Below are positions 1 through 13,714 of a stretch of DNA of 64,000 nt, piece after piece (the stretch's first letter is position 1; each line of letters opens with the position of its first letter). The notes under the pieces are model-generated. The model saw only the letters and a program-made list of their open reading frames with translations. It ran no database searches and had not been told where the DNA came from. The stretch lies in assembly GCA_951406725.2 (NCBI GenBank), contig OX597815.1:7378001-7442000 (forward strand). The letters run 5' to 3'. The stretch is from Octopus vulgaris (taxonomy: Eukaryota). The translations under genes were made by a program, and so were the position numbers.

Positions 1-98
1 TTGGAATCCCTGTGGGAAATACATCACTTCGTTTGCATCATAAAGAATCCGCCATTGTCGTCTGTTTTAATGAATACACACACGCACGTACATGTCTC

Positions 99-182
99 CA
101 TACATGCATACATACATACATACATACATACATACATACATACATACATACATACATACATACATACATACATACATACATA
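99..182. repeat. (TACA)n microsatellite
   Basis: Direct tetranucleotide run. Confidence 0.97.
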
Positions 183-469
183 AGTTATGTATGTATTTTA
201 TTTAAAATTTGACCCAATATCAGTACTAGCATTTCACGTTTATCTGTAACTGTTCTCAGCAGACGTTTATGGCTGAAAACATTTGCACTGGTCTATGGCG
301 CATGCGTAGGTGTGTGTGCATGTGTGCGCACACGCACGCACACAGAGACATACACACACATGTATAGGGGGAGAGTTCACGAAAAAAAACAAAAGACGAA
401 GACAGGTGGTGTACAAAACAAACAGATGTATTAGTATAACATGTATATGTCTGTCTGTCTATCTTTCTT

Positions 470-1056
<587 letters not shown>

Positions 1057-1064
<8 letters not shown>

Positions 1065-1509
1065 CTGAGCAATAAGTATACGGATTGTTGCCATAGTAAC
1101 GAAGCTAAAGCACGAAGAGTAAAGCCGCTTTTCAAAAATTGATCTTTGAAAATTGAATTCTGCTGTGCATGCGCACTAAGTTTTAACGTTCTAGCTCACT
1201 TCCGCTGTTTACTGCAGTGCTTCGAAGGAACGTGTGGAGTGTGTGATCGTCGCATGCTGTTTACTGCAGTGCTTCGAAGGAACGTGTGGAGTGTGTGATC
1301 GTCGCATTGACCATCACAGAGTAAGTTGAGTAGAGAATCTACATCAAATTTTGCCAAAACCTTGGTGATACCTGCTCAGAGACCTACGCAAAGTTTTCAA
1401 AAAGATTTCATTGTTCTCGATACAATCAAGGAGATCTTGTGCAACTGAAACAAGTCTTTTAGGTTAGCTGAAAGCAGTTTGGCACAAACTTGGTAGACAT
1501 ACGTCTCAT
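1057..1509 (+). mobile_element. Rearranged mariner transposon remnant
   Basis: TIR-like start TATGAGAGCTGAGCAATAAGT; + strand 1327-1393 reads E*RIYIKFCQNLGDTCSETYAK (mariner N-terminal HTH-like); - strand 1509-1393 reads MRRMSTKFVP/KLLS../VSVAQDLLDCIENNEIFLKT (mariner linker preceding the catalytic domain). Confidence 0.75.
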
Positions 1510-1626
1510 ACACAATCTCTAGTGGGGGTTGTATATAGATGTACATAGATAGACAAAAAGATAGATAGAGACACGCCCCCCCCCCCACACACACGCAGAT
1601 CTCCGCACGCTTAGTATTACAGTATA

Positions 1627-2186
1627 TCTTTATATATAAAAGTGAGGTTGTGTGCTGTCTGTCTCCTACGATTTAGATTCTTAACTACTCCCATATTTTG
1701 CGGTGCAGTTTAACCAAAACCGGGTATCTTATAGTCGTGATTCATATCGAGCCCTTCTGGGTATTAGCGCGCGTCTACGATGAGTCTACGATTTTAAAAA
1801 TATAAAAGTGAAGTTGTGTGTCTGTCTCCTACGGTTTAGATTCCTAACTACTCCCACATTTTGCGGTACAGTTTAACCAAATTCGGGTATCTTATAGTCG
1901 TGATTCATATCGAGCCCTTCTGGGTATTAGCGCGCGTCTACGATGAGTCTACGATTAAAAAAAAAATTACCATCATTTTTTTCCATTTTAATGCATTTTT
2001 CGCTATTATATAAGGGAAGTAACTCTCTAAAAATGTCTACGATGAGTCAACGATTAAAAAAAATTTACCATAATTTTTTTTTCCATTTTTAATGCATTTT
2101 TTGCTATTTTTTGGCTATAACTCTCTAAAAATGCTTATATAGTTATTTCCCTTACAAACCCGAGCAACGCCGGGCGATACTGCTAG
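1627..2186 (+). mobile_element. Non-autonomous Helitron with internal ~165-bp tandem duplication
   Basis: A|TC start, GC-rich subterminal hairpin (CCCGAGCAACGCCGGG), CTAG|T end; 1636-1800 is repeated at 1801-1960; related copy at 63455-63853. Confidence 0.85.
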
Positions 2187-2721
2187 TTTATAATGAAGTA
2201 TTTGTTAGAGTGTGTTTTTGTCCCAAATTGCTCAAAGCGTACCTGTATTAAAGTGTGTAAATTCAACGATGTGTACAGTAAACCAATATAAACCGCATGA
2301 ACCCTTCAGGTAAAGGAATACTGTCCGGTTTACAAACACATGACTCTGTGTATGTGTATGAGTGCATGCGTATGTGTGTGTATGTGTGTGTGTGATCGCG
2401 CGCGTGCAATTCTTCGTTCCATTCGTTTGCAACGGCCCCCAATCAAAAACCCCTGTGTTCTTTCGAGGATGTTGTTGAGTTATAATTTTAACAAGATGAA
2501 GGTCTCAGGAACAGTTTAGGGGTGTCTGTCTTATGTTGTCACATACAATTGTCGAAGGGAGAACCAAAATCCGACTGTCTTCAATAACAATAAATAATAC
2601 TTTATTTTTTCCGGGTTTCGCAAATAAAAGATATATACACATATATTTTCCTTAAGGGCGAACCGGTAGCCAAGTCCACAAGACTGTTCACAAATGTTCA
2701 CTTGTGTGAGCCAAAATTACC

Positions 2722-2951
2722 TATTTCTTTATTACCCACAAGGGGCTAAACACAGAGGGAACAAACAAGGACAGACATAGGTATTAAGTCGATTACATCG
2801 ACCCCAGTGTGTAACTGGTACTTAATTTATCGACCCCGAAAGGATGAAAGGCAAAGTCGACCTCGGCAGAATTTGAACTCACAACGTAACGCAGACGAAA
2901 TACCGCTAAGCATTTCGCCCGGCGTGCTAACGTTTCTGCCAGCTCGCCGCC
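2722..2951 (-). mobile_element. tRNA-derived SINE family A (monomer)
   Basis: Reverse complement of GGCGGCGAGCTGGCAGAA..GAGTTCAAATTC..AAAGAAATA; A/B-box-like motifs; many copies in the window. Confidence 0.9.
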
Positions 2952-3039
2952 TTACCGTCTCCGATCCCGCTTAGAAGAGAGCTTCTCTATATGTAGGGTT
3001 TTCCCTGAGAGAAGATTGGTCACGTCCACTCGGTAGGGT

Positions 3040-3190
3040 TGCTGATTCAAAAAAGGACAGATTTAGCGGGAACGCTTTCAGTTTACAGTTCTCTGCGCAT
3101 GCACATGAAGGAACTTCCGGCGGCCTACCGGAAGTAATCCAAATCTGCGCATGCGCGTTGAAAACTTCCGAAAATAGCGTCACTACATGA
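3040..3190. promoter_or_regulatory. Possible housekeeping-type promoter
   Basis: Non-repetitive CpG-containing island with inverted ETS-like sites (ACTTCCGG..CCGGAAGT, 3113-3134) and two NRF1-like TGCGCATGC motifs (3094, 3146); motif evidence only. Confidence 0.35.
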
Positions 3191-3427
3191 TTATCGTATA
3201 TTTGCTGAGCAAAGCTGTCAAGGCAAGTCACAAATTTGATTTGGAGAACTAGAAGCTGACCTAGTTTTTAAAAAGATAGGTAATTTCACATGAGCTCGTT
3301 TTATATATTTTCTATTTATTCTTTTTCTTTCTTTTTCTTTTGAGTCGCCAAAGTTTGTCCCATATTTCTCAAGTAGAATAATGTCCGAGTTCAAAATAGT
3401 CTGTTAACTATTCATCGAGCGCTTTAA

Positions 3428-4210
3428 GGCGGCGAGCTGGCAGAACCGTTAGCAGGCCGGGCGAAATGCTTAGCGGTATTTCGTCTGCCGTTACGTTTGT
3501 GAGTTCAAATTCCGCCGAGGTCGACTTTGCCTTTCATCCTTTCGGGGTCGATAAATTAAGAACCAGTTACGCACTGGGGTCGATCTAATCGACTTAATCC
3601 GTGTGTCTGTCCTTGTTTGTCCTCTCTGTGTTTAGCCCCTTGTGGGTAATAAAGAAATAGGTATTTCGTCTGTCGTTATGTTCTGAGTTCAAATTCCACC
3701 GAGATGGACTTTGCCTTTCATCCTTTCGGGATCGATAAATTAAGTATCAGTTACGCACTGGGGTCGATGTAATCGACTTAATACCTATGTCTGGCCTTGT
3801 TTGTCCCCTCTGTGTTTAGCCCCTTTGTGGGTAATAAAGAAATAGGTATTTCGTCTGCTGTTACGTTCTGAGTTGAATTCCGCCGAGGTCGACTTTGCCT
3901 TTCATCCATTCGGGGTCGATAAATTAAGTACCAGTTACACGCTGGGGCCGATGTAATCGACTTAATCCCTTTGTCTGGCCTTGTTTGTCCCCTCTATGTT
4001 TAGCCCCTTGTGGGTAGTAAAAAAATAGGTATTTCGTCTGCCGCTACGTTCTGAGTTGAATTCCGCCGAGGTCGACTTTGCCTTTCATCCATTCGGGGTC
4101 GATAAATTAAGTACCAGTTACGCTCTGGGGTCGATGTAATCGACTTAATCCCTTTGTCTGTCCTTGTTTGTCCCCTCTATGTTTAGCCCCTTGTGGGCAA
4201 TAAAAAAATA
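3428..4210 (+). mobile_element. SINE A head-to-tail tetramer
   Basis: One full head plus three ~184-bp headless units; 17-bp TSD TATTCATCGA(G/A)CGCTTT at 3409-3425 and 4212-4228. Confidence 0.92.
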
Positions 4211-4557
4211 ATATTCATCGAACGCTTTGTGACGTTACACTTCAGGTAACATAACGTTCGACACAACGTTCTGCGTTCAATATATATACGCTCGATCGCT
4301 ATATAAGCTACTTCTGGATCGATTACCTTACGACTCAATTGATTTAATTCCAGGTACTTTTATTTTAACAAAAAGGCTTTTGGGAAGAACACAGTGACCT
4401 GTCTCGGAATGCAAAATAGGTTTTTTGATATATCAAACAAAAAGGATCTTAGAGAACTAACTCAGATTGACCACTGGTATGTATTGACAAATACTGAGAT
4501 ATGGAATACCGATATTTACCTAATGGCAAATTATGACACAGTCTCGAGACGCGAAAA

Positions 4558-4947
4558 TCTCTCTATATAAAGCTGAAGTTGTCTGTGTATGGCAGGTTTG
4601 GTAGCCTTCAACTAACGTTATCTCCTCCGAGACCCTGCGGCGCAAGTTGACCAAAATTGAGAGTATGATAGAAGAAGGCTTGCTCTTCCTTCCGTAGAAG
4701 ATAAAATTCAAATCGGACCATGTTAACACCAAAAATTATTTACATCAAAAAGGTGCTTTTTTTTCTATGAAAATCCCTAGTTTTTACGATTTTTTGACTG
4801 CTGTGTCGCCATTTTTCGGTGTATTTCAACCAGAAAAATGTTCACTTAAAGAGAATAACAAGCTACATAATGCAAAATTTTTACTTTTCAAAAATTCCAA
4901 TTCCAAGGGTCGAAACAAACCCGAGCAACGCCGGGCGATACTGCTAG
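4558..4947 (+). mobile_element. Non-autonomous Helitron, second subfamily
   Basis: A|TC start; same 3' hairpin and CTAG|T as 1627-2186 but unrelated interior. Confidence 0.8.
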
Positions 4948-5138
4948 TAATTTTAATAAATCAATGAATTTATGTTGTATGTTATTTCATATATCCCTAT
5001 TTATCTATTTCACATATGAATATTTATTATTTTGTTATGTAGGCTAATGTCGTAGATTTAAATATATTAACCTATTGTTAACTATTTATGGAGGACTTTG
5101 TGTCATTAGGCCTTAGATTTGATAGGCCGTAATTTACC

Positions 5139-5368
5139 ATATATATATATATGTATATTTATATATGTGTATATATATGTATATTTATATATGTGTGTAT
5201 ATATATATATGTATATTTATATATGTGTGTATATATATATATATATATGTATATTTATATATGTGTATATATGTGTGTGTGTGTGTGTGTGTGCGTGTGT
5301 GCGTGTGTGTATGTGTGTGTGTGTGTGTATGTGTGTGTGTGTGTGTGTGTGCGTGTGTGTGTGTGTGT
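5139..5368. repeat. (TA)n/(TG)n microsatellite
   Basis: Direct. Confidence 0.95.
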
Positions 5369-6073
5369 TGTCTGATTTTTGTATTTGTTCCAGAAAATTC
5401 TTGATCTGGAAGCTATGAATTAATAAAAACTCGAACACTGGTTATAGTTCACTTTTTGTCGTTTAATTAATTCGTTAATTAACTATCAATTACGTCTTCA
5501 AAGTATTCCACCGCATTACTATAGCCTTTTCAATGGCTCCTCATCCCGTAACAGGTCTTCCTTTTTATGGTTGCTAATTATTTGGATTTAAGAATTAGTA
5601 TATATCTTCGTGTTACTGTGAGTGCGCACGCGCGTGCTTGTGTATGTAAATGAGGAAAACAAGAGCAAGGCAAAATTAACCAGAAGAAACGAAGAGCAAA
5701 TACATAGTTCTCACACATAGTTATACATACAGACGCTACTACTATAAACGCATATGTCACTACTACGATTAAAATCATTTGCACAAACACATACTTAAAT
5801 ATATATAAAATACCAGACACAAAGAAAAATAGTTGCAAAAGGACTTCGTTAAAGAAGTTGCAGTTGTCTGGTGAAAGACCTTGACAGAGTAGTTAATTCA
5901 TTAATTAACAATAAAAAGATGAAATTATAATCATTGTCCTTGTGTATGTTTGTCGACTATGTTACATCTAATGCACAACAATATATTTCATGTCTAGATG
6001 CGTGCCTTGTCTTTAAAAAAAATGGCGTGCAGGGCCCAAAGATGGACACTATATCAACACGATTGTTGATAAA

Positions 6074-6675
6074 GGCGGCGAGCTGGCAGAAACGTTAGCA
6101 CGCCGGGCGAAATGTTTTGTGGTATTTCGTCTGCCGCTACGTTCTTAGTTCAAATTCTGCCGAGGTCGACTTTGCCTTTCATCCTTTCGGGGTCGATTAA
6201 ATAAGTACCAGTTACCCACTGTGGTCGATATAATCGACTTAATCCTTTGTCTGTCCTTGTTTGTCCCTTCTGTGTTTAGCCCCTTGTGGGTAGTAAAGAA
6301 ATAGGTATTTCGTCTGCCACTACGTTCTGAGTTCAAATTCCGTCGAGGTCGACTTTGGCTTTCATCCTTTCGGAGTCGATAAATTAAGTACCAGTTACGC
6401 ACTGGGGTCAATGTAATCGACTTAATCCGCTTGTCTGTCCTTGTTTGTCCTCTCTGTGTGTAGCCCCTTGTGGGTAGTAAAGAAATAGGTATTTCGTTTG
6501 CCGCTACGTTCTGAGTTCAAATTCCACCGAGGTTGACTTTGCCTTTCATCTTTTCGGGGTCGATTAAATAAGTACCAGTTACGCACTGGGGTCAATGTGA
6601 TCGACTTAATCCGTTTGTCTGTCCTTGTTTGTCCCCTCTGTGTTTGGCCCCTTGTGGGTAGTAAAGAAATAGGTA
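6074..6675 (+). mobile_element. SINE A head-to-tail trimer
   Basis: Junctions at 6303/6304 and 6487/6488; 19-bp TSD TATATCAACACGATTGTTG at 6050-6068 and 6677-6695. Confidence 0.92.
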
Positions 6676-6924
6676 GTATATCAACACGATTGTTGGTGGT
6701 TCATTACTGAAGCTATCTAACACTAGGAAATGCGTTGATGTGTTTTCCCAGAAAATTACGCTTCGTTATGAATGGGCAGAGGCAGCTTTTGGCCAATTAA
6801 TAAATGTAAAAATAAAAATCAATGTTTCGTATGTGCCTAAACTTAGAACCGGAGTTTCTTGGCCATTATTAGTGTTCGTGAATCAGTTTCTAAGAATCGT
6901 GAAGAAGTTGACATATTTGCTTCG

Positions 6925-7400
6925 TACAATTTCCGATGACATCAACCTGGATACAGAAGTAGATCACCGCATACGAGAGGCTGCGTTCGTTTACAAAAAC
7001 ATTAATGATCGTCTGTGGAAGAAACAAAAATAGGCATAGAACGGTCGATAAAATGCGAAGTGTACCAAGCAATAATACGATGTTGTGCGTTGTATTCTGC
7101 TGAGACATGCGCACAGGCTCGTCGACATAGAAAAATGATGACCTGTCGGTTGTACTAGCTGCGATCCATAATGAATATTTCTTAGGAAGATCTCATCTCT
7201 AACGAAGCGGTCCTACGGCTGCAATGTGCAAATATGCTAATTGGATGGGATACGTGATCTGCATGTAGGATAGGCGAATCACCAATGATACTCTTTACAG
7301 CGAGTTAAAATGTGGAAGCCATCGGGGAGGGCGACGGAAACACCGTCATAAGGATGTTATGAGAGTAATCTCAGCGAAGCTTGGGGCCTGATTGGAATGC
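6925..7400 (+). mobile_element. Degenerate RTE-clade LINE fragment
   Basis: Broken frames read DINLDTEVDHRIREAAFVY..DRLW and WMGYVICM*DRRITNDTLYSELKCG, typical of the post-RT region of RTE LINEs. Confidence 0.7.
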
Positions 7401-7517
7401 ACAGGGACAAGATACTGAATCACTGCTTAACACTGTCGAAGGGCTATCGAACAAGGAGCAAAAGGGACAGATTGAATATGTAGTGACGTCATATTCCAAT
7501 GTGCGCACACGCAACGC

Positions 7518-7595
7518 CATTCTTCAGTGTGCGTGTGCGGAACGTCCTTCTTCAGTGTGCGTGTGCGGAACGTCCTTCTTCAGTGTGCGTGTGCG
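7518..7595. repeat. 28-bp minisatellite, ~3 copies
   Basis: CCTTCTTCAGTGTGCGTGTGCGGAACGT in tandem. Confidence 0.9.
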
Positions 7596-8077
7596 GGGTT
7601 GGAACCTTCTGGAACCTTCTGGAAAGGCATAAGGAAGTTCCCTCATGCACATGCGATAGAGACTGGGGAAGAAATTCTATCGCGTTCCTTAATAGCGTCG
7701 TTGACTTGAGACACGGCGATAGAAGGGAAAGGACGTATTTTTAAAGAACATTTTTTTTTAAATATAGGGCACGAGTGTAAAGAAGCAACCAGTTCCCTTT
7801 ACAAATAAGATGAAAAAAGAAAAGAAAAGAAAGAAACTGCGAGAGCAAGATTCACTACAGTAGGACTACCAACAACATTCTGTAATTACTGTGGTCACAG
7901 TTCGTCTGATTCTGCGATCAAACTGGGTCAGTAGTTTTCCTTTGCAGTCACACGAAAGAGCAAATAATCATTGAAGCTTCTCCATTATATTTCAGGTAAA
8001 AAAAAGTCCATTTCTTCTACCAAGTCATACATGATTACGGGTGATAGTTATGAAGGATGTACATACATACGTACACA

Positions 8078-8112
<35 letters not shown>

Positions 8113-8365
8113 TCTTTTACTTGCTCCAGCCATTTGACTGCGGCCATGCTGGAGCAACGCCTTTAATCGAACAAATCAACCCCAGGACTTATTCTTTGTA
8201 AGCCTAGCACTTATTCTATTGGACTATTTTGACGAACCGCTTCTTTCAGTTTCCATCTACAAAATCCACCCACAAAGCTTTGGTTGGCCCGAGGCTATAG
8301 TAGAAGAAAATTGCTCAAGGTGCCACGCAGTGGGACTGAACCCGGAACCATGTGGTTGGGAAGCA
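8113..8365 (-). mobile_element. SINE family B, internally deleted
   Basis: Matches both ends of the full copy at 53516-53917, middle missing. Confidence 0.8.
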
Positions 8366-8759
8366 CATGGAGGAAAAAACTCGCCAACGATCCACATGTA
8401 CTTAAATACATACATATATATATGGTGGCTGCCCCCTCGTTATCGAGTATGGCCATTGCACGAAGCTTAATTAATGTTGTTATCGTGCAATGTCTGTGCA
8501 AGATTTTTCTTTAAAGTGAAGAAAGGCTGTGCACTGAGTCAATCCCACTCACTAAGCAACAGCAGCCATAATCCGAAAAGAAGAACAAGTCAACATCATC
8601 GGTAACAACTGAGGTTTTATGTTGGAGTTATCCCAGTTACCTGAGTTACCTTCTCCTAGAAGGATGCCCTAACAAAGGCTAGGAGTCCTTCACTCCCAAA
8701 GGTTTAACCGCGCGATCGGGTATTCAGTCCGATTATTTCTATGTCCCCGCGCATGATAC

Positions 8760-8966
8760 AGCCTTAAGACATTTATTGGATGGCTGTTGACTCTCAAGAG
8801 TTCCTCCGCCCTTTGACGGGTTTTGTTTTTCATCTCGCAGGGTGTCCAATAACGCCCCCCTCACCAAGCAAGCTTGGTGGGGTTGGCGGTTTAGTCGCCG
8901 ACGACCCGACCATGCAACAGGTTGTACTGGGTTACATGTTACCAGTAGCACTCGAAAGTGACCTGA
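8760..8966 (-). repeat. Interspersed repeat, possibly a LINE 5' region
   Basis: 8890-8965 is homologous to 33403-33480 (GTTTAGTCGCCGAC..CCATGCAACAGGTTGTACTGG); family assignment is inference. Confidence 0.5.
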
Positions 8967-9567
8967 CATAACATATATACATACATGCTTGCATACATAC
9001 ATACATACATACATACATACATACATACATGCATATATACATACATGCATACATACATACATACATGCATACATACATACATACACATATATATGTATAT
9101 ACGTATGCAAGTATCTTTGTCTTTCTCCCCCTCTCCCTCTTTCCACACACACACATATTTTGAATGAAACAAGTCTTGCTTTTTGTCATGAGAAGGAAAT
9201 ATTACATATCGACATATGTGAAAGTATAGACAAATGCTTTTTTTCACACGTTTCCACATAAAAGTTTTACTGTAAAAAAACATTATTGTATGTTTTCACG
9301 CAGTGACTTTTGCACATATACAAACACAAACACACACACACACGCATGCTCGCACACTCACGCTCACACACACACAGCTGCACAAAGTAAAGAAAATCTC
9401 ATTTAACTACAATAAAAATGTTTTGCTGAATGGTTTATATTGTCATCAGCTTTTCAAAGTTTCAATACACTTCGATGCAATTTGCAGGTCATGAGCACGC
9501 TCGCACACACATACACTTATATAATACCCACACTTAACCCAACAGACATGCATACACACACATACGA

Positions 9568-9657
<90 letters not shown>

Positions 9658-9746
9658 AGGATGATCCGGTTCTTGACTGAAGATTAAAGGCTTCGAATGA
9701 CCCGTCCGTATCGTCTATCTGGACGTTTTGCGTTCTTGTCCCATTT

Positions 9747-9829
<83 letters not shown>

Positions 9830-9830
9830 C

Positions 9831-9869
<39 letters not shown>

Positions 9870-10844
9870 TGCTATATTTCGGAATGGTCATTTTGCCTGT
9901 TTAGCCAATAAAAACACAATAAAATATCTTGCACAACAAATATATATAAACGTACTATATATATATATATATATATTGCAAAACCTCCCCAAACTAAATA
10001 CCAATATCTAAGTACTGTCTAAGCCTAATTAGATTACCTATGATGATAAACAAACAATACCAATGTATTGAATCCGAAAACAGTTCCCAATTTGCAAGAA
10101 TGAAGAACAACTCAGAAGAACGAGACTAAGATATAAGGAATTCACAATCAAGCATAAAAATGGGCATTCCTATCATCAGCTGTCACACGGATACCATTAT
10201 GTTTTCGACAGCTCAGCGGTTACCGGGCGGTGTCAACAGCGTTAGAAATATAAATGCTGTTATATCCATCAGCTTGTTATAAAAAAAAGTAACAACATCA
10301 TAGCACACAAATAATGTTGTTCATATATCTATCTTCATTTTTTCTTTTTCCGTAAATCTCAACTATATACATACATATGAATAATAGCTCGTCTGACGTA
10401 AATGGTTAAAAATTTATATAGGAAAGTGTTATGTATTTATGCATTTATGGCGTCAAAATGAAAGTTAGAAAGGAAAAAAAAGACAAATTTCGACTGAAAC
10501 CAAAGCACATATATCTGTCAATTTCTTATGTCGTATTTTTAAATAATATTTATATCATACATAAATGGTTTACGTAATAGCTAATTGCTATATATATATA
10601 TATATAATTTTATATGAACGTCAATATGATTGTGGATTGTGCAAAAACGCTTGTGGACTAACCTATCTTTTGGTGGTAGAATAGTCACAAAGCTGTTTAT
10701 AATTCTCAAGATAGGAGTTAATAATGTTAGGTTAGTCAATCTAGCTAATGGTTATAAGTTTTGATGTGACAAAAAGGTATTTATGGAACTACTTTGCGTA
10801 CTCGATAGCCTGTTCTACTAATAAGCGATTACTACTGATACCCC

Positions 10845-10903
<59 letters not shown>

Positions 10904-10985
10904 CAAAGTTGAGTTGTGGGGTATCGCACGAGTGGAATTATATATACGAAAGAAGGTTTGAAAATGCAATTTAAAAGATGTTTAT

Positions 10986-11030
10986 TTACTTAACCGGTTT
11001 CACTCTTTGGAAAAAGATTGTCAAAAGTAA
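10986..11030 (-). ncRNA. Type-I hammerhead ribozyme motif, U3:A8 variant (mirror copy)
   Basis: Exact reverse complement of 11157-11201. Confidence 0.7.
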
Positions 11031-11156
11031 CATAGAATATTATGAATTCAAAAAAGTTTGCAACAACCAATAATTATGTAAAAAAACTTTTTTGAATTCA
11101 TAATATTCAATGTGGCAATTATGTAAAAAACTTTTTTGAATTCATAATATTCTATG

Positions 11157-11201
11157 TTACTTTTGACAATCTTTTTCCAAAGAGTGAAACCGGTTAAGTA
11201 A
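11157..11201 (+). ncRNA. Type-I hammerhead ribozyme motif, U3:A8 variant
   Basis: UUACUU-UUGACAA-UCUUU(UUCC)AAAGA-GU-GAA-ACCGGU-U-AAGUAA: 6-bp stem I, 5-bp stem II, palindromic stem III. Confidence 0.7.
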
Positions 11202-11239
11202 ATAAACATCTTTTAAATTGCATTTTCAAACCTTCTTTC

Positions 11240-11343
<104 letters not shown>

Positions 11344-11499
11344 TCATAATAATATTTTACTAGCTGGACCCGTGAAAAATTCACGGAAAATATAAAAAAT
11401 GTAAGCATCTGTAAATTGTGTACTGGTGCCATGAGAAATGTTCCTATATTCTTTTCTAGTCTAGACACAAGGCCCGAATTCTGGGGGGAAGTGGGGCCA

Positions 11500-12085
11500 G
11501 TCGATTAGATTAACCGCAGTACACAGCTGGTACTTAATTTATCGACCCTCGAAAGGATGAAAGGCAAAGTCGACCTCGGCAGTATTTGAACTCAGAACGT
11601 AGCGGCAGACGAAATACCTATTTCTTTACTACCCACAAGTGGCTAAACATAGAGAGGACAAACAAGGACAGACAAACGGATTAAGTCGATTAGATCAACC
11701 CCAGTATTTAATTTATCGACCCTGAAAGGATGAAAGGCAAAGTCGACCTCGGCGGAATTTGAACTCAGAACGTAAGGGCAGACGAAATACGACTACACAT
11801 TTCGCCCGGCGTGCTAACGATTCTGCCAGTTCGCCGGCTTTAACAGTCACAATAGAGAAACATTTCCAAGGCGGCGAGCTGCCAGAATCGTTAGCACGCC
11901 GGGCGAAATGTCTAGCCGTATTTCGTCTGCCCTTACGTTCTGAGTTCAAATTCCACCGAGGTCGACTTTGCCTTTCATTCTTTCGGGGTCGATAAATTAA
12001 GCCCCATTTGCATACTGTAATTGATGTAATCGGCTGCCCACCCCACAAAAAAAAATCCGGACTTGTGCCTATAGTAGAAAAGTAT
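11500..12085. mobile_element. Head-to-head SINE A cluster
   Basis: Minus-strand composite 11500-11838 and plus-strand copy from 11870. Confidence 0.85.
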
Positions 12086-12798
12086 ATTGCGACAGTTACA
12101 ACACAGAAAGAAGTGTAAAACCGATAACTGCATAATCCAACCAAAATAACTCAGTTATGCAAATGTAAACAGAATTACTATTTAGCATTAAAATACATCG
12201 TAAATATTCAAAGGACCTACCTGGTTTAGTGGTCGTTCTCTCCTTCTACGCTGGCGCTCTCGTGCTGCGACCCTCGTGCGATTATCCATATTTTAAAACT
12301 TGTTATTAAAACAATAAATCTCCAAAAAGAATTCAGAGTGTGTCAATTGAAAAAAAAACATATACAAAAATGTATTTGACAGTTTTTGTTTAAAAGTTGA
12401 AAATATTTCTGAAATACTCACCTAATATGCAAGGACACAGTATATAGGATAAGGTAATTAATTACATCGTAGGAAAGCGAAAAGTAAAGGGAAAAATAGA
12501 ATTGGTACTTTTAATTTTGTTCGGCTCTATGAATTTAATTTTTTTATGTTTTCGTCAATTGTTTGATACAAGAAAAAAAAAATTGGGAAAATCCTGACCA
12601 AAATAGAGAAATTATAACTTAACAAAAATATAGAAATGAAGAAAAAGTTTGTATTCGAAAGCCAAAAGATATTTTATAGCTGAAGTGTAATTTTCTAATT
12701 CAAACAAGTACAAAATTTAAATTTCGGAACATGAGACTTAACAGGTTATCTGGTGTATGGCTGAATTCAAATGGGTAGAAGACCTAAAACAAATGTGT

Positions 12799-12851
<53 letters not shown>

Positions 12852-12941
12852 TGTGTGTGGTTGGACCTTTAATAGCCAGGGGTCAATTGCAGTTCAATCG
12901 TAGAAAGGAATTTGAATACCTATCAGGCACTTCTTCTTACA

Positions 12942-12978
<37 letters not shown>

Positions 12979-13225
12979 GCTTCCTCTCTCTCTTGCTCGA
13001 TACACATCGAGCACGTATCTTAATTAAGTATCTTAATTTTCTCATTCTGATTGTTGCTGCTTCGATGGGTATTGAGAAGAAGTAATACAACACATACGTG
13101 GTGGTTTCAAATCGCTTCCAGAAATTACATGAGATCTAATTTTTATTTAAGCAACAAACTTTCTTTCTCTTAAGCGTGACATACGCGTCAGGTACGCACA
13201 AAAAGCAAATTGGCGTATTAATACT

Positions 13226-13670
13226 ATTGATTTTTCGATTTGAAGCGGCAATTTTTAAATGCAAACAAATGACTGAAAAATGATGAGCTAACCCCAGCCA
13301 GAATCGAACCCACAATTAGGTTTTCTCTCCATAACTTACAAAGCCTTCGGGGTATGTTTACAAATATTATATGTAGTATTAGACTGCTTAAGTATATAGT
13401 AACTAAATTTGGCTGAAATTGCTGAGTGAGCGTTTGGCCCAATCGGATGCTCAAGGAGCCATGTTAGCGTTGATTTGTGGGTTCGATTTTGGCTGGGGCT
13501 AGCTCATCACTTTTTAGTCATTTGTTTGTATTGAAAAATTGTCGCTTCAAAGCGGAGAATAAGATATCATTATGATATATTATTATAGTTATTATTATAC
13601 TATGAATCTTCCATAGTAGCTTTCTCTTTGTAACTTACAAAGCCTTTCGGGTTTCTTTATAAATATTATA
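13226..13670. repeat. Rearranged MITE-like element
   Basis: Imperfect inverted arms 13226-13313 and 13477-13562; direct repeat 13321-13370 and 13620-13670. Confidence 0.6.
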
Positions 13671-13678
13671 AATATATA

Positions 13679-13714
<36 letters not shown>

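Noticed and set aside
3428-3520. SINE heads as tRNA genes (also 40410, 53516, 59778)
   Set aside because: They have A/B-box-like motifs but continue into SINE bodies, several with TSDs; no complete cloverleaf is evident.
8760-8966. HDV-like ribozyme in a putative LINE 5' region
   Set aside because: I could not build the nested double pseudoknot by eye; only a simple hairpin is evident.
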